A DNA stretch of 63,904 nucleotides, the filler included, from Saprolegnia diclina VS20 (taxonomy: Eukaryota): the NCBI RefSeq assembly GCF_000281045.1. It is 9 parts of 3 records of this genome, joined end to end, with 100 filler letters (N's around TTAATTAATTAA, not from the genome) between each part and the next. Parts side by side here need not be neighbours in the genome. Positions count along the whole stretch, not along the records: positions 58,772 to 62,277 come from NW_008246094.1; positions 62,378 to 63,904 come from NW_008246095.1; 7 more parts are not named here. One strand, 5' to 3'. The notes beneath the pieces are model-generated. The model was not told where the DNA came from, did not search any database, and saw only the letters and a program-made list of their open reading frames with translations. Position 1 is the stretch's first letter; every line of letters starts with the position of its first letter. Of this stretch, positions 59,961 to 63,904 are shown piece by piece. A program made the translations under genes and the position numbers.

Positions 59961-60424
59961 ATGGTGCACTACTCTATCGCGGGCCGCGTCGACTCTCAAG
60001 AGGTCACGGTCTGCGAGCGTCTCCTGGGTACCGCCCGACTCGCTTGCACCAGACTGCACCGAATTCTGAATCGTAGATATCCTCGCCATGAGTATGCCCG
60101 ATTTTACGATTGAGAAAGAGTTTTGCCTTCCAGCTGCATGGAAAGGCCGTCTGGACGAAATCGTACAGACGTTTGGGTCCTTTACATCTCTCTTCTATGG
60201 ATGAACACGACAATTGCCCTAGGTACTCGCTCCCAGGGCTTAAACCGCTAGTAGTCTCGAGCAATGGACGCCTCATAGCCACATCCGCCGACGACTTCAC
60301 TCGCTTTGTCCTTGTGCAGTACGGCGTCCGCGTCGATTTGACGGCCGAGCAAGTTGCTAACTACACAGTCGCCAACCATGATTTGCTTCTCGCTAACGTT
60401 AGTGCACCTCCAGTTGAACAATAG
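59961..60424 (+). CDS. Small protein resembling the glutaredoxin-like N-terminal domain of MDH1B/PPIL6 (3 exons)
   Basis: Introns 60028-60076 and 60177-60222 give MVHYSIAGRVDS..ERLLDILAMSMPDFTIEKE..P..W..L..KPLVV..GRLIATSADDF...YGV. Confidence 0.65.
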
Positions 60425-60580
60425 TTTGTGGCTGTTTCTATATATGAAAAGTTAGTTGTTAACACTGCTACACTTTTTGCAAATGCGGAAATGCGTCAAA
60501 AGCTCGAAGCGCCTCGAGGATCGACTTGCCGGTCCGGACATCGTGAAGGTAGAGACCGATGGCCTGCCATGCACATTCAA

Positions 60581-61854
60581 TCAGCTAGAGACCATGTGCA
60601 AGTAAGCGTCGTGCACCCGCCGTTCATCGACTTTTTGAGCCCAAGCCGCAGCTGCCCTTTGCTCTTTCACGCGCGCTTGTGCCTCCAGGCATGTCGCCTA
60701 TCGGAAGTACCGAAAACATCGTATTGCGGATTTTGTAGGTGACCTCGCACAATATACGTACCCTAGCAATTTCGAGAGCTGCGGTGGCTGCGCGGACACG
60801 AACAGCGTCCTCACCCGTGAGAAGATCTCGGCGCTGCTGGGCTTCCTACAGTAGTGGCATGGTGTCACCATAGGACGCGGCGTAAACTAAATATATGCTC
60901 ATTTGCACCGCGATAATGGCGTTGGCAAGCACCGAGTGACCAAACACGCGCGCCATTTCTAAGCAGCTTCGTGGCGGGTCGTCCGTCTACGCAAGATAGC
61001 TCAAGTATTTGGGCTCGAAATGGAAACGCACGTTTGTCAGATGGATTGAGACACCAAGTCTCACGAGCAGCGATGCCGTGGACATGGCACCGGCGCGACA
61101 CGCGTAGTGCAGCGGCGAGTCTCCTTGTGGTGTGCGCGCGGCAATGTCGGCACCGCACCGCAGCAAAACCACGACAGCGTCGAAGTGATTTTCTGCTGCG
61201 GCGAGATGCAGCGCTGTCTCCCCAGCCTAAACACCGAAACATTGAATGAGCAAGAAATAATCACACGTCAACCTCATTGGGTCCGTCAACAGAATCGCCG
61301 TGCACGAGCAGAAGGTGGAGGATCGTTGTATGGCCGCGCGCGGCAGCCGTTTGTAGGCACGTTAGCTTGGCTTCCTTCCATTGACGAATGACAAAATGTA
61401 TTCTAGAAACTGTACGTACATTGTTGTCGTAGAGTTTCTGAACGTCAACACGACCCGAGTCCAATAGGACAAAGGCAACCTATGTTCTGTACATAATCGC
61501 CGCTGACGTTGTTCGTCTGGGTGTACCTGGGTATGGCCAAAATGGCATGCGTAGTGCAACGGCGTCTTGCGAAACTATACGGGATGTTATTCAAGAGGTA
61601 GATGGTCGTTGGAACATGGGTACCTTGTCGCAAACGTCCGTGACCGACCCGTGTCGAAGTAGGAAGCACGCCAATTCGATATCACCTCGCACACACGCGT
61701 GGTGAAGGGCTGTAAAGCCGGACCCAGGCTCGACGCTGTTGACGAGTCCGTCTATAGACGCGCCGTTTTCCAGGGTCTCGAGAATTACGTCAATATCGCC
61801 TTCGCTCGCGGCCTCGAGAAGCGTTTGCCGCAAATATGGTGCGTCGATGCTCAT
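60581..61854 (-). CDS. Canonical ankyrin-repeat protein, multi-exon
   Basis: LLEAASEGD, GFTALHHACVRG, LHYACHFGH, TCLQTAAARGH, GDSPLHYACRAG. The 3' end is approximate. Confidence 0.75.
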
Positions 61855-62378
61855 CGAAACGGTTTCTCCGCGTGGAAACGCACTTAGAAATGCCCCAGAA
61901 CCATGTATGTTCAAAAAAACATTGCGACTACTGCCAAGCGCGATCTAACTGGGAGACCGCAAATTACTACTAGTTGTTGTCAAGGATGCGGATGCCTTTA
62001 TATTGTGTGTACAACGCTACAATTGTGTGCTCGGATTGGGTTTAGATCGTTGGTCAACAGAACAACCCAGCGCATGTATAGAGGCATACAGAGGGACCGA
62101 TATGCCGGTTACCGGTATCGAAGAAGGGCAGGCAACATGCTATCTGTGTATCGTGCAGTCGTAATAATGCCTGTTGTGTCCACGTAGGTTCATGCATGGA
62201 TTCTGCATGAGTACAGTGCAGCTCGTATAATGAGACTAGAGGAGAGCAGCTGCTGGTGTACTTGGGACGCCAGGTATNNNNNNNNNNNNNNNNNNNNNNN
62301 NNNNNNNNNNNNNNNNNNNNNTTAATTAATTAANNNNNNNNNNNNNNNNNNNNNNNNNNNNNNNNNNNNNNNNNNNNG

Positions 62379-62458
62379 CATGCTGCTGGTAGTGTTGCTG
62401 GGAGGAAGCAGAATGAGTTGTGAGTTCAAAGCTTGTTGCTGGTGCACGGTGAATCTGA
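62379..62458 (-). repeat. Inverted copy of the C2 gene core promoter, 5'UTR and ATG
   Basis: Reverse complement of 63092-63171; runs into a gap just after the ATG. Confidence 0.9.
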
Positions 62459-63130
62459 CAGGATTTGACCGGATCGCGTTCGCTCGTGTTTGGTTGTCAT
62501 TGATGGTCATCCGGATACCAAAGGGGCCAATCAGATTGCGAGAAGATATGCGATAGACCAGAACACAACCGCTCGCCGTGTCCGGGTTGTTGACGCAACG
62601 ATGCAGAGGAGGGCACGGTGCGACGCAAGCACCGCTCTCTTCTCTGCCCCAGCAGCGATGATACCTTCTGTACAAGTGTAGCGATCAATAACGACGCTCC
62701 AGATAGTCATGTATACGATTACGAGAAACTGAGCGTAAGATCCTTCATCTCGACCAAATTTAATGCCTTTAGTTCTAGCCAACCCTAGCATACCTCCAGC
62801 TACAATCGCTTTCGGCTTGCGTCTTGGTGGTTGAGACAAAATCATTTATTTTCAATTGCCCGGATCGCCCACAACTGGGGTGAGATGTCATGGTAAATCA
62901 AGCTGGTTGTGAAATACAAATTTCGCCGTCCGCAACTTTTTCTACAGTTGTCGCATCTCGAGCTTTGAACAAACCACAAGTCAGCAGGTTTGCACGGTGT
63001 TGTTGCACTGGATTCCATTCCGTGCTCACAACCCGGTCAGGTTGACGAGGGTCGTTATCGCAGCAACTTCCAACATCAACAACCGAACCAGCAGATTCAC
63101 CGTGCACCAGCAACAAGCTTTGAACTCACA

Positions 63131-63148
63131 ACTCATTCTGCTTCCTCC
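63131..63148 (+). promoter_or_regulatory. Oomycete Inr-like core promoter
   Basis: ACTCATTCTG matches the YCATTYY initiator, about 35 nt upstream of the ATG. Confidence 0.5.
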
Positions 63149-63167
63149 CAGCAACACTACCAGCAGC

Positions 63168-63641
63168 ATGCTCGCTCGCAACATCGCCCTCTTCGACGCC
63201 CCCAAGCCCTACGGCCTCATGTGCTTGACGGTCACCATCCACGAAGCGCGCCAAACGCACGCCTCCGCCGTGTACGCCCAAATCAAGGTCCACGACGACG
63301 TCCAGCTCCAGACAACGAGCGCCAACAACGACTGGAACGAAACCTTCCACATCTACGTCGCCGAGCCCCGCGACGAGACGCTGTCCATCCAGCTCACTGA
63401 CGCCTCGGCGTGGTTCAGTGGTGACGCCGGTGCCTGCACGATTCCGCTGGCGGGCCTCTTGAGCGGCGCGTCTGTGGATGCGTGGTTCCCGCTCACGGTC
63501 CGCGGCTCCCAGCAGGGCGAGGTCCGCTTGGGGTTGCAGCTCCGCGGTGACATTGCGACGTATGTCAAGGTGCACGGCGTTGATGAGACCAAGGCACAGC
63601 CGCTGGCGTCGCCGGCCGGGACCACGGCAGCGGCGGCCTAG
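63168..63641 (+). CDS. Single C2-domain protein
   Basis: LTVTIHEA, YAQIKV, WNETFHIYV..P..ETLSIQLTD, G.CTIPL..L, DAWFPL, GEVRLGL. Confidence 0.85.
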   Translation: MLARNIALFDAPKPYGLMCLTVTIHEARQTHASAVYAQIKVHDDVQLQTTSANNDWNETFHIYVAEPRDETLSIQLTDASAWFSGDAGACTIPLAGLLSGASVDAWFPLTVRGSQQGEVRLGLQLRGDIATYVKVHGVDETKAQPLASPAGTTAAAA

Positions 63642-63809
63642 ACGCGTGTAGTCGATTCGCTGTATTTACTTCTATTAATCTTAATTGACACGTCTAAGCC
63701 TAGCTCGATCATTGATCACTCTCGTCCATCCTCCAAGAACGCAACAACGAAGCACTGATGATAGTACATGCAGACTAGTATTAGATATATCGACTAGATG
63801 GAAACGACT

Positions 63810-63904
63810 CTAGTTGCCGAGCTCGTGGAGACGCTCGAGACGGTGCTCGGGGTGGTGCTCGCACATGAGCGTGTCGTTCTGGAGCGCGGTCCACGCCTTC
63901 TTAA
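63810..63904 (-). CDS. 3' end of an unidentified gene (partial)
   Basis: KKAWTALQNDTLMCEHHPEHRLERLHELGN* with coding-like codon usage. Confidence 0.45.
   Translation of the reverse strand, partial: KKAWTALQNDTLMCEHHPEHRLERLHELGN

Noticed and set aside
1..63904. Transposases, retroelements, tRNA, rRNA or CRISPR arrays
   Set aside because: None recognised by eye; small RNAs cannot be excluded without covariance-model searches.

Overview
Eukaryotic, GC-rich, gene-dense DNA with very short (about 40-55 nt) GT-AG introns. Gene content and style point to an oomycete, most likely a Saprolegniales water mould (inference). It is a gapped draft scaffold: two long N gaps and eight 100-bp placeholder gaps carrying an artificial TTAATTAATTAA linker. 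Bases 1-13.7 kb hold a birth-and-death array of ankyrin-repeat paralogues (intact, frameshifted and relic copies). The rest holds an ankyrin-TRP channel, a 3R-Myb, a Cys-form SelT, a DUF2828/vWA fragment, an IQ-WW-EF-hand-FKBP fusion, a CudA/STAT-like transcription factor, CFAP57, a divergent PP2A-family phosphatase, an intact bacterial-type queA, a papain pseudogene, HADHA, an R3H-DExH helicase, FAM192A-like, ankyrin, TOG/CLASP-N and LRR genes, tandem sugar transporters, an MDH1B-N-like gene and a C2 gene with an inverted copy. The best candidate for new biology is queA, a queuosine-biosynthesis enzyme not expected in a eukaryote. Family calls come from motif recognition only, with no database search, and exon boundaries were read by eye.
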